Assembly: GCA_964016885.1 (NCBI GenBank)
Contig: OZ024745.1
Location: 92,690,001-92,754,000 of the forward strand
From: Eledone cirrhosa
Taxonomy: Eukaryota
DNA: 64,000 bases
Reading direction: 5' to 3'
Positions 1 to 12,978 of this stretch are shown piece after piece (position 1 is the first letter of the stretch; every line of letters begins with the position of its first letter). The notes beneath the pieces are model-generated. The model made no database searches, was not told where the DNA came from, and saw only the letters and a program-made list of their open reading frames with translations. The translations under genes and the position numbers were made by a program.

Positions 1-8
1 GGGGTTAC

Positions 9-16
<8 letters not shown>

Positions 17-76
<60 letters not shown>

Positions 77-77
77 G
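17..77. repeat. (GA)n microsatellite
   Basis: Near-perfect GA run with one interruption. Confidence 0.98.
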
Positions 78-288
78 AAAATATAAGAATACATATAGAA
101 GTCAGGATTGAAACCCAAATCATGCAATTACTTCTCAGTCTGCTAGCAAACCAATTTAAAGCACACAATATTTTAAATACAGTGAAAAAAAAATGGAAAC
201 GTTTTAAACACACAAACATACATATATGTACTAATACACACATATATTGTGCAATGATTATATATATATATACACACACACACACATA

Positions 289-1687
289 TCTATACAATAT
301 ATAAAATTGAAATTGTCTGTGTGTGTGTGTGTGTGTGCATCCCCTAAGTTTTGCAGAGTCTATACAAATCCACATTTCTACTCCAATTGACTTCAAACTT
401 GCATTTATATATTCCTTGCGGTCTAAAGATATTAACTGCAGCTTTAATTTTCAAGTTTCTGTTGTTAAAGGGGTGTTAGGCGCCGGTTATCGATCTCTCT
501 CTCTTTCTTAGTCTGCCTTTTTAGATAGATACATAGCTATAAGGTCGCGCCCTTATAATATCTGGCTGTCTGCATTACGACATTATGACAAACATTATTC
601 TCATTGATGACGTATTTTCTTCGCCATTTTCCGTTCATTGCCAGGGAACGTCTTCACGAACCAAAATATCATCTTCCTATTTTCCTCCGGTTGCAACGTT
701 TTTCGAAATATTTACTTCTGCGTTCACAGATTGATCTTTTTAGTTTCAGAAGATCCCGTTAAGGGTGAAAGCAATGTCAATGTTACTTCTGCTACATAGG
801 ACTCCCATTACCACTGAACTTTCACCTTTGCGTTCTGCATTTCCATCCGCAGGCCAACATGCAATGGTCTTCAAGGTAGTCAGTTTATTGAGGGAGAAAC
901 AGAAGGGTCTTGAATTTGCCATCCAAAAAACCCATTGACAATAATGAAAACTGCTAACATCAACGCAGAATGATTGTAGGTCGCTTTAACCCGTCTTTTA
1001 TTAATCAAAAAACTTCTTGCTAATAAACATTAACCCTTTGTGCGCTATTCATCTAACTGTAGACCAACAAATACCAACTAAACGGAGCATTGACAAGAAC
1101 AATGGCGAATGAATCTTCAAGCTAAGCAGTTTCCTCCCGAGCTGTTGGTTCATGCGGGATTCTCTGCTACACCTTTTCGTAATAATACTGAACAACGTAC
1201 TGCTGGTCACTCCTTCCTCCTAAAGCTGTACAAAACGGACATGTGCATCGGGCAGATGGATCGGGTGCAAATCTACACCAGGCCTACGCGAGAAATTCGC
1301 AAGGGACTGCACCGAGAGGGATAGAGAGAAAGAGTAACTTAGTGAAAAGAGTGCGAATGAACTTTCGAGGTAAGTAGCCTACGCCTTACTGCTATTGCAC
1401 TGGAACCTTCTGCCAACTTAACCTGTGACTTTCTCTTTCACATTTACTCCAATAGGCCAAAACAGAGTCGAAACAACTGTCACAGAAGGAGTATGAAAAG
1501 AAGGGGCTCAACAATATTTCTATGAACAATGCACGTAGACAGCTAAACTACTTTTAATTTCTTAATTTTCTCCAAATAAAACAGGTTTCCTGTCGGTATA
1601 TTTTCGTGAGTTTTTAACAGGCACTCACAAATAAACGTTTCTTATTACCAATGTTCTTACCCATGTAACGCCGGGATACACTGCTAG
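289..1687 (+). mobile_element. Non-autonomous Helitron
   Basis: Starts TC (289-290) after A288. Ends CTAG (1684-1687) before T1688. GC-rich subterminal motif cccatgtaacgccggg at about 1660-1675. Shares its 3' end and an internal segment (tagatagatacata...gcgcccttataatatct...gtctgcattac) with the element at 31801-32730. Confidence 0.8.
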
Positions 1688-1689
1688 TG

Positions 1690-1727
<38 letters not shown>

Positions 1728-2384
1728 CACACACACACATATATACATATATAATCATTTAACTCTACACACACACACATATATATACATATATAATCAT
1801 TTAATTATATATACACACACAAATATATATATATATATATGGAAAAATGAAGTAAATTTATATATTTACAACCACATATATACATATATATATAAATGAA
1901 GTGAATTTATATATTTACAAACACACACACACACACATATATATATACTCACATGCACAGCAACACATCAACACACACATACACCCCCATATATTATCCA
2001 TTGATAGCACTACTTTGTGAAACCTAACAAGATTGTCTAGACAAATAAAAGTAAAATTTTTACAATATCTACATTATTGATGGCATCTATCAAAAGGAGG
2101 GTGGAAGGAAGAGAAATATCAATATTTCTAGCACTTAACTATTAATGTGTTTGTATAAAACGAATACGATACAGAACAGACATTAAGTAAAGAGACGTCC
2201 GCGCTGTTTGAGAAGAAGCGTAAACAAACAAACATATAAACAAATTAAGAGAAAAAAAATAACAACATCAAGTCATTGTAAAAAAAAAAACAGTGCCAAA
2301 AAAAATATAAAAGAGAAAAAAAAAACTATTTATAGGTCTATTATAATTATTGTACAAACACAGACACCAAGTGTGACAGAAAGG

Positions 2385-3055
2385 TATATATGTATATGTT
2401 ATACATATATATCAAATATATACATATATATATCAAATATATACATATGTATCAAATATATACATATGTATATAACAAATATATACATATATATATCAAA
2501 TATATACATATATATATCAAATATATACATATATATGTATCAAATATATACATATGTATCAAATATATACATATGTATATAACAAATATATACATATATA
2601 TATATCAAATATATACATATATATATCAAATATATACATATATATATCAAATATATACATATATATATCAAATATATACATATGTATCAAATATATACAT
2701 ATGTATATAACAAATATATACATATATATATATCAAATATATACATATATATATCAAATATATACATATATATGTATCAAATATATACATATGTATTAAA
2801 TATATACATATGTATATAACAAATATATACATATATATATAACAAATATATACATATATATATATCAAATATATACATATATATATCAAATATATATATA
2901 TATATGTATCAAATATATACATATGTATATACCAAATATATACATATGTGTGTGTCTATGTGTAGATATACATATGTGTGTGTATATATATGTGTGTGTA
3001 TATATATGTGTGTATATATATGCGTGTGTGTATATATATATATATATACACATAC
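2385..3055. repeat. AT-rich minisatellite (about 20-24 bp unit tatcaaatatatacatata) grading into TA/TG microsatellite
   Basis: More than 20 units are directly visible. Explains the YIYISNI and YQIYTY ORFs. Confidence 0.95.
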
Positions 3056-3377
3056 ACAAGAAAAGATGGTTCAAACACTTTGTTTTTTGTTTGTAATGTT
3101 TAAAAATAGTAAACATGAATATAGAGTAGTTTTTGTGATTTCTTTGTTTAATTAGAGACCCCAGTTATTGCTATAGAAAATATAGGAGACAAGCAGACAT
3201 ATTCACACATACCCACACACCTGAACTAGAGACGGAGTGGGCCGGGGTTTCTTCACAGTCATTCAACCTATTCAAACTAAGACAGGGTGGAAGGTCATAA
3301 ATTCTACTAAGTATTTGTAAAATCTTTGAAATTCAGACTTGAGGGTCTCTACTGGCAACAGTCGAATTATTATTATT

Positions 3378-3520
3378 TGGATGGCAGTAATCGGTAGAGT
3401 GTCAGACAACATGCTTAGTGGCATGTAGTTATGGGTCTTTATATTCAGAGTTCAAATCCTGCTGGGGTTAGCTTTGTCTTTTATCCTTACAGATGTCGAT
3501 AAAATAAAGTACCAGTAAGA
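3378..3520 (+). mobile_element. tRNA-derived SINE family A, 3'-truncated
   Basis: A-box-like tggcagtaatcggtag, B-box gagttcaaatcc and central domain ...atccttac...gtcgataaaataaagtaccag. Confidence 0.8.
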
Positions 3521-3778
3521 TTTTGTTAAATTGCAGTGCAAAAATATAACAAATTTCAAATTAGCAAATGATGAAACTATCACAAATATAGCAGACCGAA
3601 TTCTTTAAAAAGAAAAAGAAAAAAAAAATCATTATTTTTAAAACAGAAACTACATATCTATACACCTAAGTATTTTTATATTAGCACAATAAATAGGGAG
3701 AGCCATGGCCAGAAGTGTTAATTAAAAGCTTCATTCAACTGTTTCCATGCCATAAGCTCATTAAAAACTGAAAATAAT

Positions 3779-4080
3779 AATTGTTTCTACTTTTGACACA
3801 ATGCCAGCAATTACCCCAGTGTATTAAAGGTACTTTATTTTATTGACCCTGTAAGGATAAAAGGTAAAGTTAACCTCGGCAGGATTTGAACTCAAAATGT
3901 AAAGGGCCATAACTCTATGCTGCAAAGCATGATGTCTGACGCTCTCTTGATACTGCCAATCCACTGCCCTGTAAATAATTGTTTCTACTTTTGGCACAAG
4001 GCCAGCAATTTCCCAGTGTATTACTGGTACTTTATTTTATCGACCCCGTAAGGATGAAAGGCAAAGTTAACCTCAGCGGG
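3779..4080 (-). mobile_element. Two tandem SINE-A copies (3779-3970 near full length; 3976-4080 5'-truncated)
   Basis: Reverse complement of the SINE-A consensus: ttgtttctacttttggcacaaggccagcaatt...ggtactttattttatcgaccccgtaaggatgaaaggcaaagttaacctc. Confidence 0.9.
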
Positions 4081-4099
4081 TAAATAATAATGTGGTGAG

Positions 4100-4650
4100 A
4101 AGAAGATTATAATCACATAAAGATAGTGATGATGATTAAAGCAATATTCTTGCAATAATTAAAAACATTTTGTTTTATATATTCCTATTTTCACACACAA
4201 TCCCCCACCCCCCATATTATTAATGTTTCCCACTTCTCTGCTGTTGTCAGTGAAAATTCCAAAATGTCTTTTGATAAAAGGTTAAAATATTCTTTTGTCT
4301 TTTCTGTCACTTTCATCTACATTAGGCAGTAATAAAACAACTTCAGAACCAAACTCAGTTCTTGAACAAAATATTTCAGTTCTGTCTGTGATTGAGATGC
4401 CATAAGAAGAAACACAGTTACAAATGCCATTGTTGAAAATCAAAAATTTTGAGTTTAGTCTCATATATTCATAGCAAGTCTTATGGCATTTGGAAAACAT
4501 TGGCCTCTCTACTGAGGTTTGCAGGGTTGAGCATATATAAATATATATAAAGTCAGCTGTCCAGAAAGGTAAATCAAAAGCACTTCTATCTCCTTCAGTT
4601 GAGGGAACACTATAAATATAAAACCTATACAGTATAACTGATATTTTATA
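4100..4650 (-). pseudogene. Decayed exon encoding a Cys-rich WSC-like extracellular module
   Basis: Stop-free frame 4650-4285 (about 122 codons) reads ...DLPFWTADFIYIYICSTLQTSVERPMFSKCHKTCYEYMRLNSKFLIFNNGICNCVSSYGISITDRTEIFCSRTEFG... The Cx3C...NGxCxC spacing resembles WSC domains. Cys-patterned sequence continues past stops and a frameshift (GDCV...NYCKN...LCD). Family assignment is by motif recall only. Confidence 0.45.
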
Positions 4651-4758
4651 TTATTTATATTGATTCCCTTCCTGAGCATATTTATTAAGCCAGTATCATT
4701 GATGTGAAGTAGCTTCACTGTACAAATAATTGAAAACATTGCAGTTTCAAATCTAACA

Positions 4759-5717
4759 CAGGGTGACTAAAAAAAAAAATAAAATAATAGCCATGAGCAT
4801 GTTTTGTGTCACTGTGTATTCATTTTCTAACCAATCAACATTAAATTTCAGGACATGGCAGATACAATGTCAGAGAAGACAACAAGACCCCAATGTCAGC
4901 TTCAGCACCCCAAATTTCCTATGTGAAACACTACTATAAATGTGGTTCATACCAGTAGGTTCAGGAGCAATTTCATGCATTTTTGGGAATAGACAAATCT
5001 CCCTTCAAAGCCAATACACAAAACTGGATGAAGAAGTTTGAGACCTGTAGGATAGTGGAAAGCATCAGTACAATGTCTAAAGACGATCTTAGCCACTTTC
5101 TATGGCCTAGGAAGCATTCACAGGAAGGCGTTGATATGGTCTGAGAGTCTATTGAACAGACCTAAAATGATTGCAGTGCAGAAAAAGCCAATCCTTGGGT
5201 CTCTCCATTGAAACCTGTAGAAGGATTGTCAAAGAGGATCATAAGAAGTACCCCTACAGAATACAGACTAAACAAAAGCTTACTGTAGCTGATAAGACCA
5301 CGAGAAAGGCGGTGGTTGAGAAAATGCTGGAGAATATGAAAACAACTCAAATTTTCTGTAGACCTCTGAAGAAGCCCACTTTCATGGGAAGATGAACTTT
5401 AAGAACAATGTGTTCTGAGGGTCAGAGAAACCCACTGAAATGGCTGTGAAACCTCGGCTAGATGTACCATCTGGACTGTCAATTTTGAGAGAGGGTTGAT
5501 TGGCCCATTCTTCCTCAAAGTAAATAGTGTCACTGCTACAGTCACAAAGAACGCTATGCATGGCTTCAAATGGGGATCACTTGGAACATGCTCTGTAACT
5601 GGACAGAAACATGAAAAAATGGCAAAGTTTTGATATGTTGTTTTTAATTGTTTAAACTAAAAAAATAATGTAGACAAAAATACAAACGGGATAAAATTTT
5701 CTTTTTTAGACTCCTTG
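4759..5717 (+). mobile_element. Degenerate Tc1/mariner-superfamily DNA transposon (DUF4817-type transposase remnant)
   Basis: Imperfect TIRs cagggtgactaaaaaa / ttttttagactccttg followed by TA. Fragments LGLSIETCRRIVKEDHKKYPYRIQTKQKL, SEEAHFHGKMNFKNNVF*GSEKP and GLIGPFF match the SDEAHF..N..N.R.WG.ENP / GIIGPYF motifs. Confidence 0.85.
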
Positions 5718-5729
5718 TAAGTGACTACC

Positions 5730-6180
5730 TGTTGATTTCCACAGTTTACTATTACACTATAATAACTAATATGCGTTTCCTTTGATAAGGAAACAAATTC
5801 CTTAAAAGTGAAGGGTAGTGTGATGTTCATTTTATCTTAGTAAGATCTCTTCAGATTTAGATTTACAGTGGGGCATCCATCTATCTAGCCAATTCATAGT
5901 TTCACAATGTATTTATTTAATGTATTCTCTGATCATCTCTTCACATGATAACAATGGGAGTAGCAGAGTAATGAAGAACAACAACAAGTGGAATATTATA
6001 AATATTTCTTGAATAGCAACTAATGTCTGCAATTCCAGAATGTTATTCAAGAGAGTGATAAGTGTGGTTATTTTTAACAGATTCAATTTCAACTTCAATA
6101 GAATATGGGTCAGAGAATGTCTAAAGAAGAAGATACCTGTAGCTGGATGGTTAATGTATTTCATAGAGGATAGGGTGGGG
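5730..6180 (-). pseudogene. Decayed 5' part of the same candidate gene: hydrophobic signal/TM segment plus C-type-lectin-like motif
   Basis: One frame reads IFIIFHLLLFFITLLLPLLSCEEMIREYIK*IHCETMNWLDRWMPHCKSK...GICFLIKGNAY*LL*CNSKL. MNWLD...HCKS resembles the CTL W..A...C motif. Several in-frame stops. Confidence 0.4.
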
Positions 6181-7695
6181 ACTGGGGGATAAAAGAAAAA
6201 AAAGTCTTTGGTCTAAAATAAAATGCTAAGCTATATCAGAACTAAAGCATTTACAGTATGCAAATGACTTCAACAGCTGTTGCTTGAAAATATAATAAAA
6301 GCCAGTTGAAGATTTGATTTAGTAGTACTTCAGCAAGATTTTTAACAGAAACTGGATAAAATCCCCTGAAGCACTGACATGACTTTACATTTGTTATAAT
6401 TTGTTTGTTTGGTTTTTTTTCCCCACTCATAATACTAAAATATTGATTTATTTTGACTAGGCACAAAATCAATACTTGCTGGTAAAAAAAAAAAAAAAAA
6501 AGTTTGATAATGGAAAAAATTGATTCCAATATAACATGATTTTGTTGACCCTGGCTGGCTGAGTATCAAAATTTAACCATACTGGGATTTGGACCAGACC
6601 ATAAATATAAAACAAAATATTAAATAGGGTAAAATTGTAAATGAGGATATCATCGATATCGTCACCACCACCACCATCATATCATCACTTCATATCTGTT
6701 TACCCTGTTAACAAGAGATTATATGGGTCATCACCAACTAAATCAGTACTTATAGCAACTGGCCTCTCAGACAGGCCAGTAGAGTACATCTTGCTTACAC
6801 ACATTCCCACACTCTACAGAACACACTGGCTGTGTTTTATCATGGCACCAGCACTAGGGAGATTGTCATGTCTTTCACACAATTAAACAATCCTCTCAAC
6901 CCCTTGTTTGGCATATTTTCTATAGCTGTATACCCATCCTATTGCCAACCTCTTCTACAGAGTGCACTGGGTGTGTTTTCTCATGGCACCAATACTAGAG
7001 AGGTTATTGTGCTGTTCTATGCTGGCATAGGTTACACAAGACAATATAGTATTACTATGGTTGGATGTTCATAGCTTTCTTGAGAAACACAGTAAGTAAG
7101 CAAACTTAAATGGGTTCCAGCCAGAATCAAAACAAATATAGCAAACTGGCTTCAATAAGGTCATCTGTCATCTATTAAGGAACTTGGCAGGACAAAATTC
7201 ATGTTGAATTATTTCCCTGAGATCATTATTTTGTGATACTGTAACTAACATTCCTAGCAGATCTTCCACATGTTTCTGATAGCCATGTGAACTGAAACAA
7301 GTAGAGATAAGTGTATTATTCATATAAACAACATCACCCACAGATGTAAACTTGCTAGAGATCCTGCACTTCATCAACTTAACCACCCCCACTCTGGCAC
7401 TATCAGCTAATCCAATCCAGGGTCTTCTCACTCCTGTTGGAAGAACCTTTCCCTGGTTGACCTCCACTGCTTTTTGCTTAGTTTTGGTTATTTTTTTCAG
7501 GGGTATAGCTGTACTCACCACACTTGGTCAATTGTAGGTTGGTGGGGCTATTTAAACCATAGGCAGGGGAGCCTGTTTAGTTGCCAACCAATCAGCCAAA
7601 AAACAGGTTGTTTTGGGTTATATGGTACCAGTAGTAGGCAGAAGCCTGGCTTGTCCATATCCCCTAATGACCTCTCAGTCATTTTGGGATTTTAA

Positions 7696-7916
7696 CCCTT
7701 TAGCATTTAAACCGGCCATATCTGGCCAGAGTTCTCTCACCTCTTTCTGTTCAAACCAGCTGTATCCAGCTGCTCATACTTATGTTAAGGTATTGTTCTC
7801 AAAATAAATAATATCAAAATCTACATAGATTTGATATATGTGAGATAATTATGTGAAATAAAGTGTTTACCATGAAAATATAATAGTAAATATAGAGTAA
7901 TGTAAATGCTAAAGGG
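7696..7916 (+). mobile_element. piggyBac-like MITE family 1 (about 210-220 bp)
   Basis: TTAA target duplications on both sides. TIR CCCTTTAGCATTTA / TAAATGCTAAAGGG. Confidence 0.92.
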
Positions 7917-9431
7917 TTAAATACTAATGACCACAAACTAGACACCAATCACTAAGCATGTTAAATAAGTGTTTTCCAAGCAGGGTACATGCTTGGAGTG
8001 AGTAGGGGATGTTGTAAAAATATTCAAATTTACAACATATTAGTAAATTTGACATGGTAATAAACTAAAAATTATTTTTTTTGCTATTTAAGATAAATAA
8101 CTTCAGGGTGCCAGTAGCATAAAAGGGAAAATCAACAAAACAAAAACATATATCAGTGAATAAATAAATGAAAACAACAGTAAAATGCTGCTTTAAACTA
8201 TTATCTCAGACAATAAAATGCAATCGATACAATATTGAAGTAAAGAAATTTAATTAGTTGTTATTGATGAAACTTATCTAAAGTCTATGAAAAAAAATTA
8301 ATAATTAATCAATAAAATAAAAATAAATTAAAAAAATATATTTGATTATTTATTTGTGGTTAAGAGAAAAACAATGAAGAAAATAAAATGTTTAAATAAT
8401 GGTAAAATGAACAGTTCCTTTTAATACAGAAATAATTAGATGTTTCAAAGACTTAAGTTTCCTTTCATATCCTCAAAATGCAATTGCCATAACTTTTGAA
8501 CAATTAAGAGTTATTAATTCTTGTACTAAATAGTGCCATTAACTCAGAAACAGGAAAAATAAGATCAGGCATTTTAACAATAACAGAGGCAATTAAAGAA
8601 TTTTATGATTTAAGCTGATTAACCTTTAACAGGTCAAATTTGCAAGTGTTTTAATGGAAATTTAAGTAATTGTAGCATGGTTTTGGAAAGAAAAACAAAA
8701 TGAAACCAAAAGAAGAAGAAAAAATGAACATGCTTTTACCATTATGTAACCAAAGGGAATATCTATTCATTGATAAAATTATGATGATAAAAAATGAAGA
8801 TGATGACGATAACAAAATTCCAATTAGTAAAGAAATTTTCTCAGAGGCATGAAGTTGAATATAGAAAAACATATTCTACCATCATCATCAACATTGGTTG
8901 GATTCTGATAAGTCTACATTGTAGTTTTAGCAACCTAGACCAGTGCTTTTGATACTGTTTCACATATACTGGCCATGCAGATAATTAGAAAATCTGGATG
9001 AATGACTCCCAAGAATTATTAAAGTCATATAGAAAAGGTAGTCAGAATTGTCATCAATTAAATAGGAACATTAGAGTGCTAGATAAAATAACTTCCAGTT
9101 TTTATTTTGGTTCTTGGAATTTATAGTTCAAATCTCACCATGGTGATAAAGTACCGGTCTATGGCATTGGACCAGCAGAATCATTAGAGCTTCAAGTGAG
9201 ATGCCTTAGAGTATTTGTCCCAGTTCTTTGCATTCTGAGTTCAAATAACACTGTTACCTACTTGGCCGATAGACTTAATCCATTGTCCAGTTTAACCCCA
9301 TAGTATCTACAGTTAGATATCTTTCCAAATGTCAACCACTTTACAGCATATACTAGAATCATTTTACTGGGACACCAGCACAACCATGCTTTTTGTCATG
9401 GCATGAGCACTACAAACTTACAAACCATCCC

Positions 9432-9635
9432 GCTACAGAGTGGAGTTGATGCTTTTTATAGTGGCACCAGTACTATCACTTTACAGAGTGGAGTTGGTGC
9501 TTTTTATTGTGGCATCAGCACAAGTAATATTACTTTACAAAGTGGAGTTGGTGCTTTTTATTGCAGCACCAGCACTATCATATTACAGAGATGGCTGAAA
9601 GTATTTTACCAAAAACTACCAATTTACAGAGTGAG
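9432..9635. repeat. Short tandem array of a 48-54 bp SINE-derived unit (ttacagagtggagttggtgctttttattgtggcaccagcactatcac)
   Basis: Unit starts at about 9434, 9482, 9536 and 9584. Confidence 0.8.
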
Positions 9636-10800
9636 CAAAGTAATATTGTTGGTGCCAAGACAAAATATCTCCATCTCATGTCATTCCTGTAAAATGGTAG
9701 TTAGAAAATGAATTTTTAATTTATTTCCTTTTTTTATCCACTGTGCTAAAATAAAAATGCAATGTTGATAATTATACAAGCTTACTATCTTACTAATTTG
9801 TTTTTAGGATTAATATGAAGTGGTTGGCATTAGGAAGAGTATCAAGACGTATAAAGCATGTAAAAAAACAGGAAAGTATTTAACTATTAATGTCCTAAAC
9901 CACACGAAACTGCAGTAGCAAGAGACATACTTAGAGACTACAAACAGCAGTATGACAGTGTTACATTACAAACCAAAGTTTACTCTAATACTGTACATTT
10001 TCACAATAATCTGATCACTAGTAAAGATGCTATAAATATTTGAGTTAATCCGTTTTTTTTAAAATATTTTCTGCTAAATCATTATAGGATGTCCAGCAAG
10101 ACATAGAACCAGCCTGTCTAGGAGAACAGTAGTTCCGATTACATACTGACTTGGTCTGGGATAACATGTTCAACCCATGTCAATATGGTAAAACATGTTT
10201 AATGTTCAAATTCTATTATTCCCAAAGTTCCATTTTTGAAAGGAATAAAACATTTAACAGCAGCCAACCAAAAATCAACAACAAATAGGAACTCTTAGAA
10301 ATAAACAAGGATGTGTTGATATCACCTCATTATTTTCCTTTATTATCAAAATCTAGCTTTCTTTAACAAAAGTGTCCTGACCTACTTCTAAAACTACCTA
10401 TTCAATGACTAATCTAGTAAATTGACCTGATTGTAACTACACCTTGTCAAGCAACACTATTCTCCAAAACTGACCCATATTTTATACTTGCTATTGATCT
10501 CCACTCTAAATAAACACACAACTTATGTCAAGCAGAACAACTACTTAATTAGAATTTTAATAATATTTGATAGTTTCAAACGAGACTTGTTTACATTGAC
10601 TGTTAAATTCTCTTCAACAATAGAATTACTTGTATAATAATTAGGATGGTATTAACAGTGAATACATTTTATGATTTAGTACAGGTATTATTTTGTATGG
10701 GAGAGTTTCTGTGAAGTAGACTGACAGCCAAATTCCCTCAACTTACTCTCCTGTCTTAAAGAAAGGACACATTAGATAATATACTCCTAGATTGCCTTAA

Positions 10801-10999
10801 CCTTTTAGCATTTTCATTACTCTATATATAATATTGTATTTTCACGGTAAAGGCTTTATCTCTCATAATATTAATTCTATAAGATTTCAATATTTATTTT
10901 GAGAACAATATTTTAACATCAGTATGAGCAGCCAGTTACAACTGGTTTGAACAGAAAGAGGTGAGAGAACTCTGGCCGGATACGGCCAGTTTAAATGAG
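10801..10999 (-). mobile_element. piggyBac-like MITE family 1
   Basis: Reverse-orientation copy with TTAA at both ends; one TIR partly deleted. Confidence 0.88.
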
Positions 11000-11509
11000 T
11001 TAAAATAATGGGACGGTCAAGGCTGCTATGACTTTGATTATAGGTCTACACAATCACAGTTGGGGCTAAACAAAAACTACTACTATTACTACTACTAGGG
11101 CTAATCTTAATTTACAAGAGATCCAACTCACATAGATAGTGGTATGAAACAATTAAGGAAACTTTACATTCTTACCAACATTTTCCAACACTCAGTGAGT
11201 CTAATTGTTTCATATTAAGACTTGGAACCATTTTTTTTTTTTTTTCAAATTTTTTATTCTCACTCCTAACGCTCTGTAATCATTATGTAACATCTCTCAG
11301 CAAGTTGAATACAATGGATGGCATCCACCTTGGTTACTTTTGTATTGTCCTTATACATTCATTGTAACTTGGCCAACTTTTTATATTATCTATCTACATA
11401 ATTCTTGGTTTACCTTTCACCTTGCCTTCTACACAGTTTCTATAAACCATTTCTGTTTTCTAATTAAGTGTTGAAAATATAAAATATTCACCTGTATTTT
11501 ATTCATAGA

Positions 11510-11836
11510 TTAAAGCATAGATTTTGGTCATTAATGACTAAGGATTTGCACCTAAAACGTTCCCCTCCATGGCACAAGTCCAAGTAATGGTTTTTTTGTG
11601 GAAGACCAGTTGCCCATGCATGCCAGTTTCCTCTCAACACAGCACTAATGTTATCCAAGAGAAAAGCAAAGGTTGGTATAACTTGGCACCAGTGACATTG
11701 CAACTAATTTTTTTCCAGCTGAATTAACTGGAGCAGCATGAAATAAAGTGTCTTGCTCAAGGACACAACACACTGCCTGATCTGGGAATTGAACTCACAA
11801 CCTCACAATTGTGAGCCCAACACTCTAAACATTAAG
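11510..11836 (-). mobile_element. CORE-SINE (tRNA head plus MIR-like core)
   Basis: Minus strand has B-box gagttcaattccc then ccttgagcaagacactttatttca..gctccagtt.a.tcagctg, matching the CORE domain. Same tail type as 63049-63389. Confidence 0.82.
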
Positions 11837-12978
11837 TCTAATCCTTTAATAACGACTAAGTCATTTCTATATATAAGTTCATCAGAGAACCTAACCATAC
11901 AATTAATATTAGTGTCTTTCTGAAAAGATGTATTTTGGGGTCTCGATATTCTAGATTAGATCCTAGAGTTGTTCCTAGTCAAAAGAAATCAGCTCCAGTT
12001 CTTATATATACACCAAACAGCTTTTAGGACTTGAAGTCAGTTAAGTTTTTCACAAGCCACACAAGTTAATTGGAGTTGCTATCACCATATCAGCATTTGC
12101 AACATAAATTCATGTATGGGTTCGACAGATCATGGACTGAACCAGTTCTTATTTGGAGGTGCAGCACTCCTAGATTGGTTGAAGACTATGACTAACTTGA
12201 ACATTCCATTTCTGGCATATTTTCTCTGGCTGGATGTCCTTTCTATCACTGCTCACTTGACAAACAAGGTAACAGCTGAATTAATCATACCAGCTGCATC
12301 ATATATTACCAGACAACCAGCTGAAGTATATACTCCAGTACACTAATCTGCAAGTTACACTTTAGCCCCCAATTGGCCCTGACTCAGTAGAACTATGATA
12401 ATCTAAAGCTTTTCAGCCATGACAACTTCATTCTTTTCTTGACTACATTATCCAATGTGTCCCTCTCTTTTCGAAACTGTAAAGTATAATTTAAGTTTGT
12501 TTTGACTTCTATTTCTAGCAAGGCAAGCAACCATATAGAGGTTATTTCATTGGCTCACATAATATCTGTAAGTAGTTACCACAGGTGGAATTGCTGCTGT
12601 ACACAGGACTAAGATTCATAAATATGTGATTAACTTTTAAGACTGAGTTCAAGTCTTCCTGATAGGAATGATAATAGCAATATGTCCTTAATTACAATTT
12701 TATGAGCATTACTCCAAAATGGAATTAAAATGGATGGAGGCTTAGTAAGACAAAGCAAAGCCCAACACAGAACGTATTACCAAGTAAGATAATTTTTCAG
12801 GTTATTAATCTCATCTTTAAAAATGAAAGATTATTTAATAACTTCATCTTATAATCTTATTAACAAAAACAACAAATTATTTTAGATATTTAGGCAGTAT
12901 TGTGTAAACTTCCACAGCAATAAACTTATCTAAAACACATTTAAATTAGTAGTAATAGTGTAAGAGCATGGAGTAGAC

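Noticed and set aside
7168-7521. 117-aa minus-strand ORF
   Set aside because: No recognisable domain or convincing splice pair; the surrounding sequence resembles decayed retroelement.
10270-10540. Possible second Penelope RT remnant (DITSLF)
   Set aside because: Only one short motif; too degraded to support a call.
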